From the NCBI RefSeq assembly GCF_963921235.1, contig NC_086108.1:11470001-11534000 (forward strand): DNA of 64,000 bases, given 5' to 3'. The notes under the pieces are model-generated. The model did no database searches. It had not been told where the DNA came from and worked only from the letters and a program-made list of their open reading frames with translations. Each line of letters starts with the position of its first letter. Positions within the stretch are counted from its first letter, which is position 1. This DNA comes from Mobula hypostoma. Its lineage: Eukaryota. Below, piece by piece: positions 40,101-53,145 of this stretch. The position numbers were made by a program, and so were the translations under genes.

Positions 40101-40873
40101 AACCTTTATTTGATTTTGAGAAAAGATGGGGCTCATTGGTTCATTATTATCATTTTTCCACGATCTAATTGTAAATTTTTTTAGTATATTTTCTTTTCTT
40201 GCTGGCGGTTTGATATTTATTTTTATGACGCATGACTCCGGGGTTGTACACCTAATGGGTTCTTTTTTTTCTCACTTTTCTGCTTAGTAGGTTTTTTTTG
40301 TTATCGCAAAATTTTTTTTCAATCGTTAAGATAATGGTTTTTTTGAGGGATTGTAAGTGTTGTTACTTCGATGTACTCGTGTTATTTTTCCTGTATATGC
40401 AACAAAAAGATTTGAAAAGAAAAGAAAAAGAAAGATTGGAGTGACTGGGCTTGTATACACTGGAATTTAGAAGGATGAGAGGGGATCTGATTGAAACATA
40501 TAAGATTATTAAGGGATTGGACACGCTAGAGGCAGGAAACATGTTTCCGATGTTGGGGAGTCCAGAACCAGAGGTCACTACTTGAGTATAAGGGGTAGGC
40601 CATTTAGAACAGAGTTGAGGAAAAACTTTTTCACCCAGAGAGTTGTGGATCTGTGGAATGCTCTGCCTCAGAAGGCAGTGGAGGCCAATTGTCTTGATGC
40701 TTTCAAGAAAGAGTTAGATAGAGCTCTTAATGATAGCAGAGTCAAGGGATATGGAGAGAAGGCAGGAACGGGGTACTGATTGTGGATGATCAGCCATGAT
40801 CATAGTGAATGGCGGTGCTGGCTCGAAGGATCGAATGACCTACTCCTGCACCTATTGTCTATGTTTGTCTATT
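34150..40873 (+). mobile_element. CR1 LINE ORF2 (EN + RT + 3' UTR), split by an L1 insertion
   Basis: ORFs 34207..35046, 35073..35819, 35936..36139, 36099..36512. Sequence resumes at 40431 (gaaagattggagtgactgggc) and ends cctactcctgcacctattgtctatg. Confidence 0.95.
36511..40430 (+). mobile_element. L1/Tx1-clade LINE ORF2 pseudogene, 5'-truncated
   Basis: EN motifs (VNLYGPN, GGDFN, SRIDY, SDHAPL), RT motifs (YRPISLLN, DAEKAFD, GTRQGCPLSP, YADD), CDRC..HMFWSC, and an A-rich tail. Confidence 0.95.
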
Positions 40874-41401
40874 GAATTATTTTAGCTAGAGATTTGTGAA
40901 TCTGCAGAATGCTCTGCCATAGAGTGTGGTGGAGGCCAAGTCCGTGGGTATATTTAAAGCGGAATTTAATCAGTTCCTGACCGGTCAGGGCAGAAAGGGA
41001 TATAGTGAGAAGGCAGGTGCATGGGGTTGAGTGGGATCCAGGATCAGCCTGAATGGAATGGCAGAGCAGACTTGGTGGGCTGAAGGGCCTAATTCTACTC
41101 CTATGTCTGATGGACTGGTGGCGAGGGTTGAGCCGGTTCTGCTCACTGCTTTGTGACATTTACTCCACTCCCCACACCGTTGAGGCCGAGGCTGTGGGCC
41201 TGCTCCAGCTGCTCTGTCTTTGTGTCTGCGGGCTCCATTTTGCCCCACTGGGTGATGAACTGAGGCTGAGGCTGTGGGCCTGCTCTGGCCTGTCCAGGCT
41301 TCTGGTCTAGGTTTTTGTTCTGAATACTGTTGCTTGTTTGTATTGTTTGCACAATTTGTGATTTTTTTCTCTCTCCCTGCATATTGGATGTTTGTTGGAG
41401 G

Positions 41402-44400
41402 TCACATTGGATGTGTGACTTCCGGGGTGCCCAGGGGAGACTCGAGTAGCAGCAGTACTCTCAGTGGATACGATTAAATATTCTCATTGCAGCCTGATAC
41501 AGCTAAAAAGCACAACTGCTTCCAAGGGTAGTACAGTCAACAAAGATGTCTTAATGCATTTAAACAAACTATCGCTGCTTAAAAATGACGGAAAAGATAT
41601 TGATTGTGGACAAGTGCGTTCTCGTAGGATTCCACGGAAAAAGTGTGGCTGTAAGGGGGTTTTAAACTCCCAATACTGACTATCTCGCTGGCAAGCGTGC
41701 AGCCTCTGGTGAATAAAATTGATGATCTCAGAGCCAGGCTGCTGAAACAGAGGGACATTAGGACTGCTTGTGTCCTTTGTTTCACGGAATTCTGGTTAAC
41801 CCTTTCCGTACCGGATGCAGTGAATCAGATCAACGGGATTACTATACACCATCAGGATAGGGCTATAGAATCTCTCAAAAGCAGAGGTGGAGGAGTATGC
41901 CCCGTGATCAACTCTTCTTGGTGCACAAATATATCAGTGCTGTCCCAGTTCTGCTCACCAGACCTGGAACATCTAGCAGTTAAGAGCCGTCCTTTTTACC
42001 TACCACGGGAATTCTCCGGGATCATCTTGGTGGCAGTATATATTCCACCTCAGGCCAATATCAATCAGGCTTTAGATGATCTGAGCAATGGGATCAACAT
42101 GCACGAAACAGTGCACCTTAACAGCTTCACCATCGTTTTGGGAGATTTTAACCAGGCCAGTATGAAGAAAATCACAAACACTACACTGGACCATTGCTAC
42201 ACCACCATCAAGAATGCCTACCGTGCTATTCCACGCCCTCACTTCAGGAAGTCTGATCACCTGGCTGTACTTCTACTCCCCAAGTATAGGCAGAGTCTGA
42301 AGACTGCAGCACCAGTAGTGAGGACCAAGAAGGTATGGAGAAAAGAAACACAGGAATGCCTGCAGGACTGCTTTGAATTAGTGGACTGGACTGTATTAAG
42401 GGATTCATCTTCGAACCTGGGTGAGTATGCTGCAGTTGTTACCAACTTCATTAAAACCTGTGTGGATGAGTGTGTGCCTACAAAGACTTACTGTACATTC
42501 CCAAACCAAAAGCCATGGATGAACCAGGAGGTACATCGTCTACTGAAGGCTAGATCTGTGGCATTCAAGTCTGGCAGCCCAGACCTGCACCACAAAACCA
42601 GGTATGATTTGCAGAGGGCTATTTCAAGGGTGAAGAGACAATTTTGAGTGAGGTTGGAGGCGACATCTGATGTATGGCATCTTTGGTAGGGTTTGAAAGA
42701 CATTAATTCCTACAAAGCACAACCCAATAGCATGAATGGCAGCGATACTTCACTACCAGATGAACTCAATGCCTTCTATACACGCTTTGAAAGGGAGAAC
42801 TCAACTTCAACTGTGAAGATCCCTGCTGCACCTGATGAACCTGTGATCTCTGTCTCAGAGGCCAATATTAGCCTGTCTTTAAAGAGAGTGAACCCTCGCA
42901 AGGCGGAAGGTCCTGATGGAGTACCTGGTAAGGCGATGAAAACCTATGCCTGCCAACTGGTGGGAGTATTCAAGGGCATCTTCAACCTTTCTCTACTATG
43001 GGTGGAAGTTCCCACTTGCTTCAAAAAGACAACAATTATACCAGTGCCTAAGAAGAAAAATGTGGGCTGCCTTAATGACTATCACCTAGTAGCACTCACA
43101 TCGACAGTAATAGAATGCTTTGAGAGGTTGGTAATGACTAGACTGGACTTCTGCCTCAGCAGGGACCTGAACCAACTGCAATTTGCCTATCGCCACTATA
43201 GGTCAATTGCAGATGCAATCTCAATGGCTTCCCGCATGGCTTTAGACCACCTGGACAACACAAACACCTATGTCAGGATGCTGTTCATTGACTATAGCTC
43301 AGCATTTAATATCATCATTCCCACAATCCTGATTAAGAAGTTACAGAACCTGGGCCTCTGTACCTCCCTCTGCAATTGGATCCTCGACTTCCTAACTGGA
43401 TGACCACAATCTGTGCGGATTGGTGATAATATCTCCTCCTCGCTGACGATCAACACTGGTGCACCTCAGGGATGTGTGCTTTGCCCACTGCTCTACTCGC
43501 TCTATACCCATGACTGTGTGGCTAGGCATAGCTCAAATACCATCTATAATTGTTAGTAGAATCGCAGATGGTGACGAGAGGGCATACAGGAGCGAGGTAT
43601 GCCAACTAGTGAAATGGTGTCGCAGCAACAACCTTGCATTCAATGTCAGTAAGACGAAAGAGCTGATTGTAGGCTTAAGGAAGGGTAAGACAAAATAGCT
43701 CATACCAATCCTCATACAGGGATCAGAAATGGTGAGAGGGAGCAGTTTCAAATTCCTGGGTGTCAAGATCTCTGAGGATCTAACCTGGTCCCAACATATC
43801 GATGTAGTTATAAAGAAGACAAGACAGCAGCTATATTTCATTAGGAGTCTGAAGAGATTTGATATGTTAACAAATACTCTCAAAAACTTGTATAGATGTA
43901 CCGTGGAGAACATTCTGACAGGCTGCATCACTGTCTGGTATGGAGGCAGGGGGGCTACTGCACAGGACTGAAAAAAGCTGCAGAGGGTTGTAAATTTAGT
44001 CGGCTCATCTTGGGTACCAACCTACAAAGTACCCAGGACATCTTCAAGGAGCACTGTCTCAGAAAGGCAGCGTCCATTATTAAGGATCTCCAGCACCCAG
44101 GGCATGTCCTTTTCTCACTGTTACCATCAGGTAGGAGGTGAGAAAGCCTGAAGGCACACACTCAGCGATTCAGGAACAGATTCCTCTCCTCTGCCATCCG
44201 ATTCTTAAATGGGCATTGAACCCATGAATACTACCTCACTTTGTAAATATATATCATTTCTGTTTTTGCATGATTTTTAATCTATTCAATATGCGTATAC
44301 TGTCATCGATTTACTTATTTATTTATTATTAGTGTTATTTTATTTTGATTTTTTTGTCTTTTATATTATATATTGCATGGAACCGCTGCTGCCAAGTTAT

Positions 44401-44443
44401 CAAATTTCACAACCCATGCCGGTGATAGTAAACCTGATTCTGA
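41402..44443 (+). mobile_element. Rex1/Babar-type LINE, near full length (EN + RT), decayed
   Basis: LVNKIDDLRARL..CVLCFTEFWL, VYIPP, LGDFNQA, KSDH, LQFAYR, MLFIDYSSAFN. (GATTCT)n tail. Confidence 0.9.
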
Positions 44444-45249
44444 TCCTGTTTGTCTTTTTTAAATGGGTTCTTATGGGTTTCTTGTTCTGTGACTGCCTAA
44501 AAAGAGACAAATGTCAAGGTTGTATGATTTACTTTGATAATAAATGTATTTCAAACTTTGAAATGCCATTAAACAATTTTGAATCTTGAGACCCTTCAAA
44601 AAAAAAGCCAATGTTTTATGGAAGTATTCTAATGCAAGGCAAACGCTTGCACATCTGTAATTACTCAGTCGCTCATTGCAGTTTCTATGATTAATATTCC
44701 TTGATGCAGACCAGCTTCAGTCCTGATTATGGCACCAGGCTGCTACCATCTGACACACCTAATTAAGCATTCAGTCAATTTAATGCCCTGTGCAGGGTCG
44801 AGGAGGAATCACTCATAAACATCTTTTTCTTCTGTCCACCAGTGTTTCTGAGAAACTGAATTCCTTTTTTTCCCAAGCTATTAGTCCTGGCCAGTTCTGT
44901 ACTGTCATTATGGATTTTGAATGTAAACCATTTATCACCAGAAAGAATTGTGTCAATTAATCACAAGTAGAACAAAGAAAGTTAATTCATGTATGAAGTC
45001 GACACTGCTCTCTGATGGAAGTGATACATTACCTCAATACAGTGCAGAAGTTCTGTCCCAATGTATTTCCTTCAACGTGCTCTGTGTGCGAATGCCCACA
45101 CCGAGAACACAGGCTGCTAAACAGCTGGATTAACTCACTCACGGTCAAGGTTTACGCCATTAAAACTATCACCATGCTCACTTCTTGCTACTACCATTAC
45201 CAGCGGTATCACAGGAGCTCCCCATCAACGTTGAACTCAATGTAGGATT

Positions 45250-45600
45250 GTTTTAGGGACTCCAGCATATTCTTCCTGCAGGATTTAGTCCCAAAGCCTT
45301 CCCCCTGAGTGGGTACAGCCACAAGGCAGCAGAAGTTTGAGATCAGAGTTTTCCTTCTCCCAGATGAGCTGCCAACCACGGCTGATGAGCCCTACTTGCC
45401 CGAAGCGACTGGTTTTAAGGCATCAGTAACCTACTCTTCTCTTGTCAGTAGCAATGGTTCCACTGGGCTTAGTAGCTAAGCCAGTGTGAAGGCCAGGAGC
45501 TGGACTTGGTTGTCAGAGGCCAATTGAGATGCATGACTTTGGGAGCATTTAATAGGTATTGGGAGCTTATCCCCTCTACCCCTCCTGGATATTATAACCT
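45250..45600 (-). mobile_element. Probable RTE-type non-autonomous fragment
   Basis: Motif gagttttccttctcccagatgagctgccaacc resembles reversed RTE 5' UTRs; matched from memory only. Confidence 0.35.
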
Positions 45601-45630
45601 CAAAGAACCTTGTCGGGTTCCATTATCTAC

Positions 45631-45766
45631 AAACAAGAGAAAGTGTACAGATACTGGAAATCCAAAGCCAAACACACAAAATGCTGGAGGAACTCAGCAG
45701 GTCTGGCAACATCAATTGAAAAGAGTAAACAGTTGGCATTTCAGGCCGAGGCCCTTCTTCAGAGCT
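45631..45766 (-). mobile_element. Penelope-like pLTR fragment with a degenerate hammerhead
   Basis: acacacaaaatgctggaggaactcagcagg. Minus strand CUGAAGA..GAAA is retained, but GUC has become GCC. Confidence 0.65.
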
Positions 45767-45941
45767 CATTGGCACATTTAGTCTGTGCCAAACTATTATT
45801 CTGCCTTGTCCCATTGATGTACACCTGGACCATAGCCCTCCATACCTTTCCCATCAATGTACTTATGCAAACTTTTCTTAAATGTTGAAATCAAACCATT
45901 TGCGAAACAGATTGGAATTGATCACATTAAGCAGCTGGCTA

Positions 45942-46283
45942 GTCATAGTCATAGTCATACTTTATTGATCCCGGGGGAAATTGGTTTTCGTTACAGTTGC
46001 ACCATAAATAATTAAGTAGCAATAAAACCATAAATAGTTAAATAGTAATATGTAAATTATGCCAGGAAATAAGTCCAGGTCCAGCCTATTGGCTCAGGGT
46101 GTCTGACCCTCCAAGGGAGGAGTTGTAAAGTTTGATGGCCACAGGCAGGAATGACTTCCTATGACGCTCTGTGTTGCATCTCGGTGGACTGAGCCTCTGG
46201 CTGAATGTACTCCTGTGCCCACCCAGTACATTATGTAGTGGATGGGAGACACTGTCCAAGATGGCATGCAACTTGGACAGCAT
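45942..46283 (-). mobile_element. Rex1/Babar 3' fragment, (ATGACT)n family
   Basis: LSKLHAILDSVSHPLHNVLGGHRSTFSQRL..SQ; near-identical to the copies at 16571 and 28843. Confidence 0.9.
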
Positions 46284-47613
46284 AAACAGCACAGTTTATC
46301 CCATTGGTGAAGTCTGTATTGCTGATGGTGTATGTGGCCCATGTTCTACAGCTCCACTGTAGAACCAGCCTGTGCTTCTCTCTGCCCACCCTGGATATCT
46401 AACCAGGCTTCACCTTCTCCTACATGCAGCAGGAGTGTAGAAACCTTGGTATTCACAGCCCTGGCAGGTTCATGGGTGCACAGAGAACTGCTCCATTCAG
46501 AACTGTCCCAGACAACTTAAACACAGCAGCAAGAAGCTGCCATTGAATCAACGGAAGAGAAAAATATCACCTCCTCTAATGCTATTAAAGTCAAAATCAC
46601 ATTTATTGTCAAAGTTCAAAGTAAATTATATTATTTAGTACTTATATGTCACCATATACAATCCAGAGAATCATCTTCCTGTGGGCATACTCAGCAAATC
46701 TATAGAATAGTAACTATTACAGGATCAATGAAAGATCAACCAGAGTGCAGAAGACAACAAACTGTGCAAATACAAATATAAATAAATAGCAATAAATAAC
46801 GAGAACATGAGATAATGAGATAAAGGGTCCATTAAAGTGAGATTATTGGTTGTGGGAGAATTTTAATGACGGGGCAAGTGAGAGTAGTTATCCCCATTTG
46901 TTCAAGAGCCTGACGGTTGAAGGGTAGTAACTGTTCTTGAACTTGGTAGTGTGAGTCTTGAGGCTCTTGTACCTTCTACCTGATGGCAGCAGCAAAAAAG
47001 CATGATCTGGGTGATGGGGATCTCTGATGATGGATTCTGCTTTCTAATGACAGCATATATACGACAGTGAAATTTATTTTCTTGCAGGCATTTGCAGGAA
47101 AATAAAGAAACACAATAGCATATATGACAAGCAATTAGTGTGCCCATTAACAAAGTACTGAGAACATGAGTTGTAGCGGGCTCGAAAGTGAGTCTGGAGG
47201 TTGTAGAATCAGTTCAGAGTTGTGGTGAATGAAGAAATCTGTTCTGGTTCTGGAGTCTGATGGTTTTGGATAATAACTGTTCTGGAACTGGAATTTAGGC
47301 TTCTGTAATCTTCCGCCTGATGGTAGCAGCGAGAAGAGGGTGGTGGGCATGAAGGGGGGTGGTATCCTTGATGATGAATGCTGCTTTCCTGCGAAAGTGC
47401 TCAGTGGTGGGGAGGGCTTTGCCTGTGATGGACCGGGAGGCAGAATCCATCACATTCTGCAGACTCTTCCTTTCCTGGGCATTGGAATTTCCAGACTGGG
47501 CCATGATGCAAACAGTCAGGACTTTTAGAGCCAGAATCAGCTTTAATATCGTCGGCATATGTCGAGAAATTTGTTGCACTGGCAGTAGCAGTACAACGCA
47601 GTACATAATAATA

Positions 47614-49180
47614 AATCCCCAGGACCTGACAGGGTGTTCCCTCGGACCTTGAAGGAGACTAGTGTTGAAATTGCAGGGGCCCTGGCTGAAATATTTAAAA
47701 TGTCGCTGTCTACAGGTGAGGTGCCGGAGGATTGGAGAGTGGCTCATGTTGTTCCGTTGTTTAAAAAAGGATCGAAAAGTAATCCGGGAAATTATAGGCC
47801 AGTAAGTTTAATGTCGGTAGTAGGTAAGTTATTGGAGAGCGTACTAAGAGACAGAATCTACAAGCATTTGGATAGACTGGGACTTATTAGGGAGAGTCAA
47901 CATGGCTTTGTGCGTGGTAGGTCATGTTTGACCAATCTACTGGAGTTTTTAGAGGAGGTTACCAGGAAAGTGGATGAAGGGAAGGCAGTGGATATTGTCT
48001 ACATGGACTTCAGTAAGGCCTTTGACAAGGTCCTGCATGGGAGGTTAGTTAGGAAAATTCAGTCGCTAGGTATACATGGAGAGGTGGTAAATTGGATTAG
48101 GCATTGGCTCGATGGAAGAAGCCAGAGAGTGGTGGTAGAGAATTGCTTCTCTGAGTGGAGGCCTGTGACTAGTGGTGTGCCACAGGGATCAGTGCTGGGT
48201 CCATTGTTATTTGTTATCTATATCAATGATCTGGATGATAATGTGGTAAATTGGATCAGCAAGTTTGCTGATGATACAAAGATTGGAGGTGTAGTAGACA
48301 GTGAGGAAGGTTTTCAGAGCCTGCAGACAGACTTGGACCAGCTGGAAAAATGGGCTAAAAAATGGTAGATGGAGTTTAATACAGACAAGTGTGAGGTATT
48401 GCACGTTGGAAGGACAAACCAAGGTAGAACATACAGGGTTAATGGTAAGGCACTGAGGAGTGCAGTGGAACAGAGGGATCTGGGAATACAGATACAAAAT
48501 TCCCTAAAAGTGGCGTCACAGGTAGATAGGGTCGTAAAGAGAGCTTTTGGTACATTGGCCTTTATTAATCAAAGTATTGAGTATAAGAGCTGGAATGTTA
48601 TGATGAGGTTGTATAAGGCATTGGTGAGGCCGAATCTGGAGTATTGTGTTCAGTTTTGGTCACCAAATTACAGGAAGGATATAAATAAGGTTGAAAGAGT
48701 GCAGAGAAGGTTTACAAGGATGTTGCCAGGACTTGAGAAACTCAGTTACAGAGAAAGGTTGAATAGGTTGGGACTTTATTCCCTGGAGCGTAGAAGAATG
48801 AGGGGAGATTTGATAGAGGTATATAAAATTATGATGGGTATAGATAGAGTGAATGCAAGCAGGCTTTTTCCACTGAGGTAAGGAGAGAAAAAAACCAGAG
48901 GACATGGGTTTAGGGTGAGGGGGGAAAAGTTTAAAGGGAACATTAGGGTGGGCTTCTTCACACAGAGAGCAGTGGGAGTATGGAATGAGCTGCCAGACGA
49001 GGTGGTAAATGCGGGTTCTTTTTTAACATTTAAGAATAAATTGGACAGATACATGGATGGGAGGTGTATGGAGGGATATGGTCCGTGTGCAGGTCAGTGG
49101 GACTAGGCAGAAAATTGTTCGGCACAGTCAAGAAGGGCCAAAAGGCCTGTTCCTGTGCTGTAGTTTCTATGGTTTCTATG
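47614..49180 (+). mobile_element. CR1 LINE, 5'-truncated; RT nearly intact (ORFs separated by one in-frame stop)
   Basis: ORFs 47634..48368 and 48369..48881 (FADD, LVRPNLEYCVQFWSP). (TTCTATGG)n tail. Inserted in a minus-strand Rex-type tail (47530-47613 / 49181-49630). Confidence 0.95.
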
Positions 49181-50249
49181 GTAATAGAGAAAAAACTGTG
49201 AATTACAGTAAGTATATATAAATTAAATAAGTAGTGCAAAACTAAACATTCTAAAAAGGTAGTGAGGTAGTGTTCATGGGTTCAATGTCCATTCAGAAAA
49301 CAGGTGGCAGAGGGGAAGAAGCTGTTCCTGAATCATTGAGTGTGTGTCTTCAGGCTCCTGTACCTCCTTCCTAATGGTAATGGTGAGAAGAGGGCATGTC
49401 CTTGGTAATGGGGGTCCTTAATGATGGATTCCACCCTCCTGAGGCATACTACAGAGGTTAGTGCCGTTGATGAAGCTGACTAATTTTACAACTCTCTGCA
49501 GCTTATTTCGATCCTGTGCTGTAGTCTTCCCCACCCCCCGCCACCCCCACCCCCACCCCCACCATACCAGATGGTGTTGCATGCAGGCAGTTAGAATGCT
49601 CTCCATGGTACATCTGTAGAAATTTGCAATTTCCATCAGGGATGGACAGAGTTATGTTGCTGTAACCATGAACTGTTTGCTGATTTCCTCCTTAGTGTTT
49701 TCTCCCCCCGCACCCCCAGATCTCAGGTTGCTCTCTTAAGAAATGAATTTGTTGCAGTCATGTTCATTAACTTTAATTCCAATACAGAATGCAACCTTTC
49801 CTCTAATTATTTTTCCTCCCCCTCCATGGAATCCCCCTCGACACCTCTGATTGATGATCGAGCATCATGCTGTCAGATTCTGTTCTCGGTTTGAATTAAG
49901 GACATTTACTTCAGCAAAAAAAAACGTTCAAACAAATAACTAACAATGATGGATAAGAAATCCGTCTCTGCAGTGTTTGGACTGAAAAGCAATAAAAGGT
50001 GGTAAATTAATGCCAAGAGATTCCTCTGTGGAAAACTCTTTTACGTCCCTTATGTTTATGGTGTTCATTCTAAACTTTGCAGAATCTGGTCTTGGCTTAA
50101 ACCGGCCTCCAGACAATTTCAAATACTTCAATCTTCTCACACATACTGGATTTCGGAATACGACTACCCATCGATTATTTTCAAATACCGTACAACTCCC
50201 TGCCAGCTCTGCAGTCTGAGGGCGACATTACAATTCCAAGCTGCGTCAA

Positions 50250-50955
50250 GTCATAGAGTCATAGAAAAGTACTGCACAGAAACAGGCCCTTCAACCCATC
50301 TAGTCCATGCTGAATCATTTAAACTACCCACTACCATCAACCTGTGCTTGTACCATAGTCTTCATATCTCTACTATGCATGTACCTACCCAAACTTCTCT
50401 TAAAAATTGAAATCAAGCTCATGTGCACCACTTGCACTGGCAGCATGTTGCACACTCCGAGTGAAAATGTTTCTCCTCATGTTTCTGTTAAAGCTTTCGG
50501 CTTTCAACCTCAACCTATGAACTCTAATTGTAGTCCCAGCCAACCTCAGTGGAAAAGCCTGCTTGTATTTACTGTCTCTACCTCTCACAATTGTGTATAC
50601 CTCCATCAAATCTCCTCTCAACCTTCTACGTTCCAAGGAATAAAGTCCTATTTTTCCTTATAACTCAGGTCCTCCAGTCCTGGCAACGTCCTTGTAAATT
50701 TTCTCTGTACTCTTTCAACCTTATTGACATCTTTCCTATGGGTAGGTGACCAAAACTACTCATAGTGCTCCAAATTAGGCCTCACTGACATCTAACACAA
50801 CTTCAACATAACATCCCATTTCCTGTACTCAATACTTTGATTTTATCTGCCAAAAGCTTTCTTTACGACCCTATCTACCTGTGGCATCACTTTCGATGAA
50901 TTGAGGACCTGTATTCCCAGATTCCTTTGTTCTGCCGCACTCCTCAGTACCCTAT
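50250..50955 (-). mobile_element. CR1 3' fragment
   Basis: ERRRLRGDLMEVYTIVRG; tail gtcatagagtcataga. Confidence 0.8.
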
Positions 50956-51099
50956 CTACATTTAAAACATATTGACAGAAAAGTGTTAATTCATATATGG
51001 GGACATGTCTGTGGATTGGAAAGGTTTAGAGGGACATGGGTTAAGGGCAGGCAAACGAAATTAGCTTAGATGTGTAACAGGTCAAGCTAATTTCTTTTT

Positions 51100-51690
51100 T
51101 GCCGTCAATGTTCAGCGGAGAGTGGTCGCTCCGTGCTCTCCTGAAGTCAACAACCATCTCTTTTGTTTTATTCACATTCAGAGACAGGTTGTTGGCTTTG
51201 TACCAGTCCATTAGCCGCTGCACCTTCTCTCTGTATGCTGACTCGTCGTTCTTGCTGATGAGACCCACCACGGTCGTGTCATCGGCGAACTTGATGGTGT
51301 GATTTGAGCTGTGTGTTACAGCACAGTCGTGGGTCAGCAGAGTGAACAGCAGTGGACTGAGCACACAGCCCTGGGGGGCCCCCATGCTCAGTGTGATGGT
51401 GTTGGAGATGCTGCTTCCAATCCGGACTGACTGAGGTCTCCCAGTCAGGAAGTCTAGGATCCAGTTGCAGAGGGAGGTGTTCAGAACCAGCAGTTTCAGC
51501 TTTCCAACCAGGTGCTGAGGAATGATTGTGTTGAATGCTGACTTGAAGGCTATGAACAGCATTCGAACATATGTGTCTTTTTTGTCCAGGTGGGTTAGGG
51601 CCAGGTGGAGGGTGATGACGATGGCGTCGTCTGTTGAGCGGTTGGGACGATACGTGAACTGCAGGGAGTCAGTGAGGGGGGAAGCAGGGT
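51100..51690 (-). mobile_element. Rex1/Babar RT core fragment
   Basis: [52 protein letters not shown]. Confidence 0.9.
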
Positions 51691-52809
51691 CATTCTGCAT
51701 GTCCAGTATCTGCAGAATCTCTTCGGAGTGAGAATTAGATTTAACATCAGTGGCATATGTCATGAAATGTCTTGTGTTTAACTTAGATGGGGTACCTTGG
51801 TCAGCATTAATGGGCTGAGTTAAAGAAGGTTTAGCTTCTGTGGTCTATTAAACTGTGACCCATAACCTCTTAATCTCTACCACCCAGGGCAACAGATGAA
51901 TTGGAACAGAGGGCACAAGGAGACCGCTTTATGAAGAGTGAGCCATTTGAAAAAAAACACAAGGAACTCAAAACAAAAAATGACTCTTGCTAAATAACAA
52001 TTAACCAATTCAGATGTTCTATAAACCTTGGAGCCTGACACTTTCCAGGCACCTCACACAGACCCAAAGAGCTCATTACAGCTCTTTCCCATCCTCTCCA
52101 GGGTAGTCATAGATGGACTATCAATGCTGCTTTGCCAGCAGAGGCCAGATTCTACAGGTGACAGGCTGACATCTGTTAGAAACCTTTGTACCTGTAATGT
52201 TTGATCAAATTCTTAAAATGGTTCAATTTGGTGTCAGAGGATGTAAACAGTATACGACCTGAAATTCTTACACTTCACAGACATCCACGAAACAAGAAAC
52301 CACATGGAATGAATGGCAGAAACATTAGAACCCCAAATCACTCCCCCAACCCCATCGCACAAGCAGTAGCAGGAACATTGACTCCCCCCACTTGAAACAG
52401 CAAAAGCAACCCCCCCCCCCCACCATGCAAGCAACAGCAAAAACCCCCAAAGAGACCTCGATCCGGAGTCGATCAAAACAACAGTTCATAACCTAGCACT
52501 TCGGTATCTCCGATAGGTTGTCGGTATCTCAGAGGTTGCTCCTGCAACAATGAGCGGGGAGAACAGCATCTCTAATGTTGCGGTGTTACAATCTTCTGCA
52601 TCGCTTCTCCAAGCCCTGTCTCGAGGACCAGCAAGCTCTCACTCGCCATCAAGAGAGGGAGAGAGGATCACGAGTGCAGGGGCCTTCCTCAGAGAGCAGC
52701 ACACACCACCGTCTGTCCTGATGTTTCACCACCTCAAGTTGTTGCAGTCAGTGAAATCGGCAGGGAACCAGGTTGTCTATACGGCTGCTCCCACGGCATT
52801 AACATTCTA

Positions 52810-53145
52810 ACCTTGATCTGCCAACCCGATGATGTGTAAAGATTTAGGAAGCTTGAGGATTTAATCTCCACCTGGCAATATTACTGATGGCAAAGGGTTT
52901 TCCAATCCTATTACACTTAGCATATTAATCAGGAAGCTGGGGATAAAATTAATTAATTGGTCGTAAATAATTAAAATGACATGAACAGTTGGCAATAGGT
53001 TCAATCCAGCTGTAATGAGATTTTGACATCAGACTGGTTGATAAGTTAAGGAGGGTAGTTAAGTCAGTTTAATTGAAAAGTGCTCTCTATTTACCAGGGG
53101 AAATTCCCCCAACAGATCACTAAATATGGTTCCCTAGCAACCGGC
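52810..53145. promoter_or_regulatory. Candidate enhancer: homeodomain, HOX/CDX, NF-kB and RFX motif cluster
   Basis: AATTAATTAATT 52947-52958, GTCGTAAA 52960-52967, TAATTA 52968-52973, GGGGAAATTCCCC 53097-53109, GTTCCCTAGCAAC 53129-53141, in sequence I do not recognise as a repeat. Motif evidence only. Confidence 0.4.

Noticed and set aside
45382..45412. CTGATGA...GAA hammerhead-like words
   Set aside because: No stem II pairing, no GAAA box and no suitably placed NUH triplet.
51041..51763. 240-aa ORF as a stand-alone reverse transcriptase gene
   Set aside because: It is a Rex1 RT fragment joined by chance to unrelated repeat remnants at both ends.
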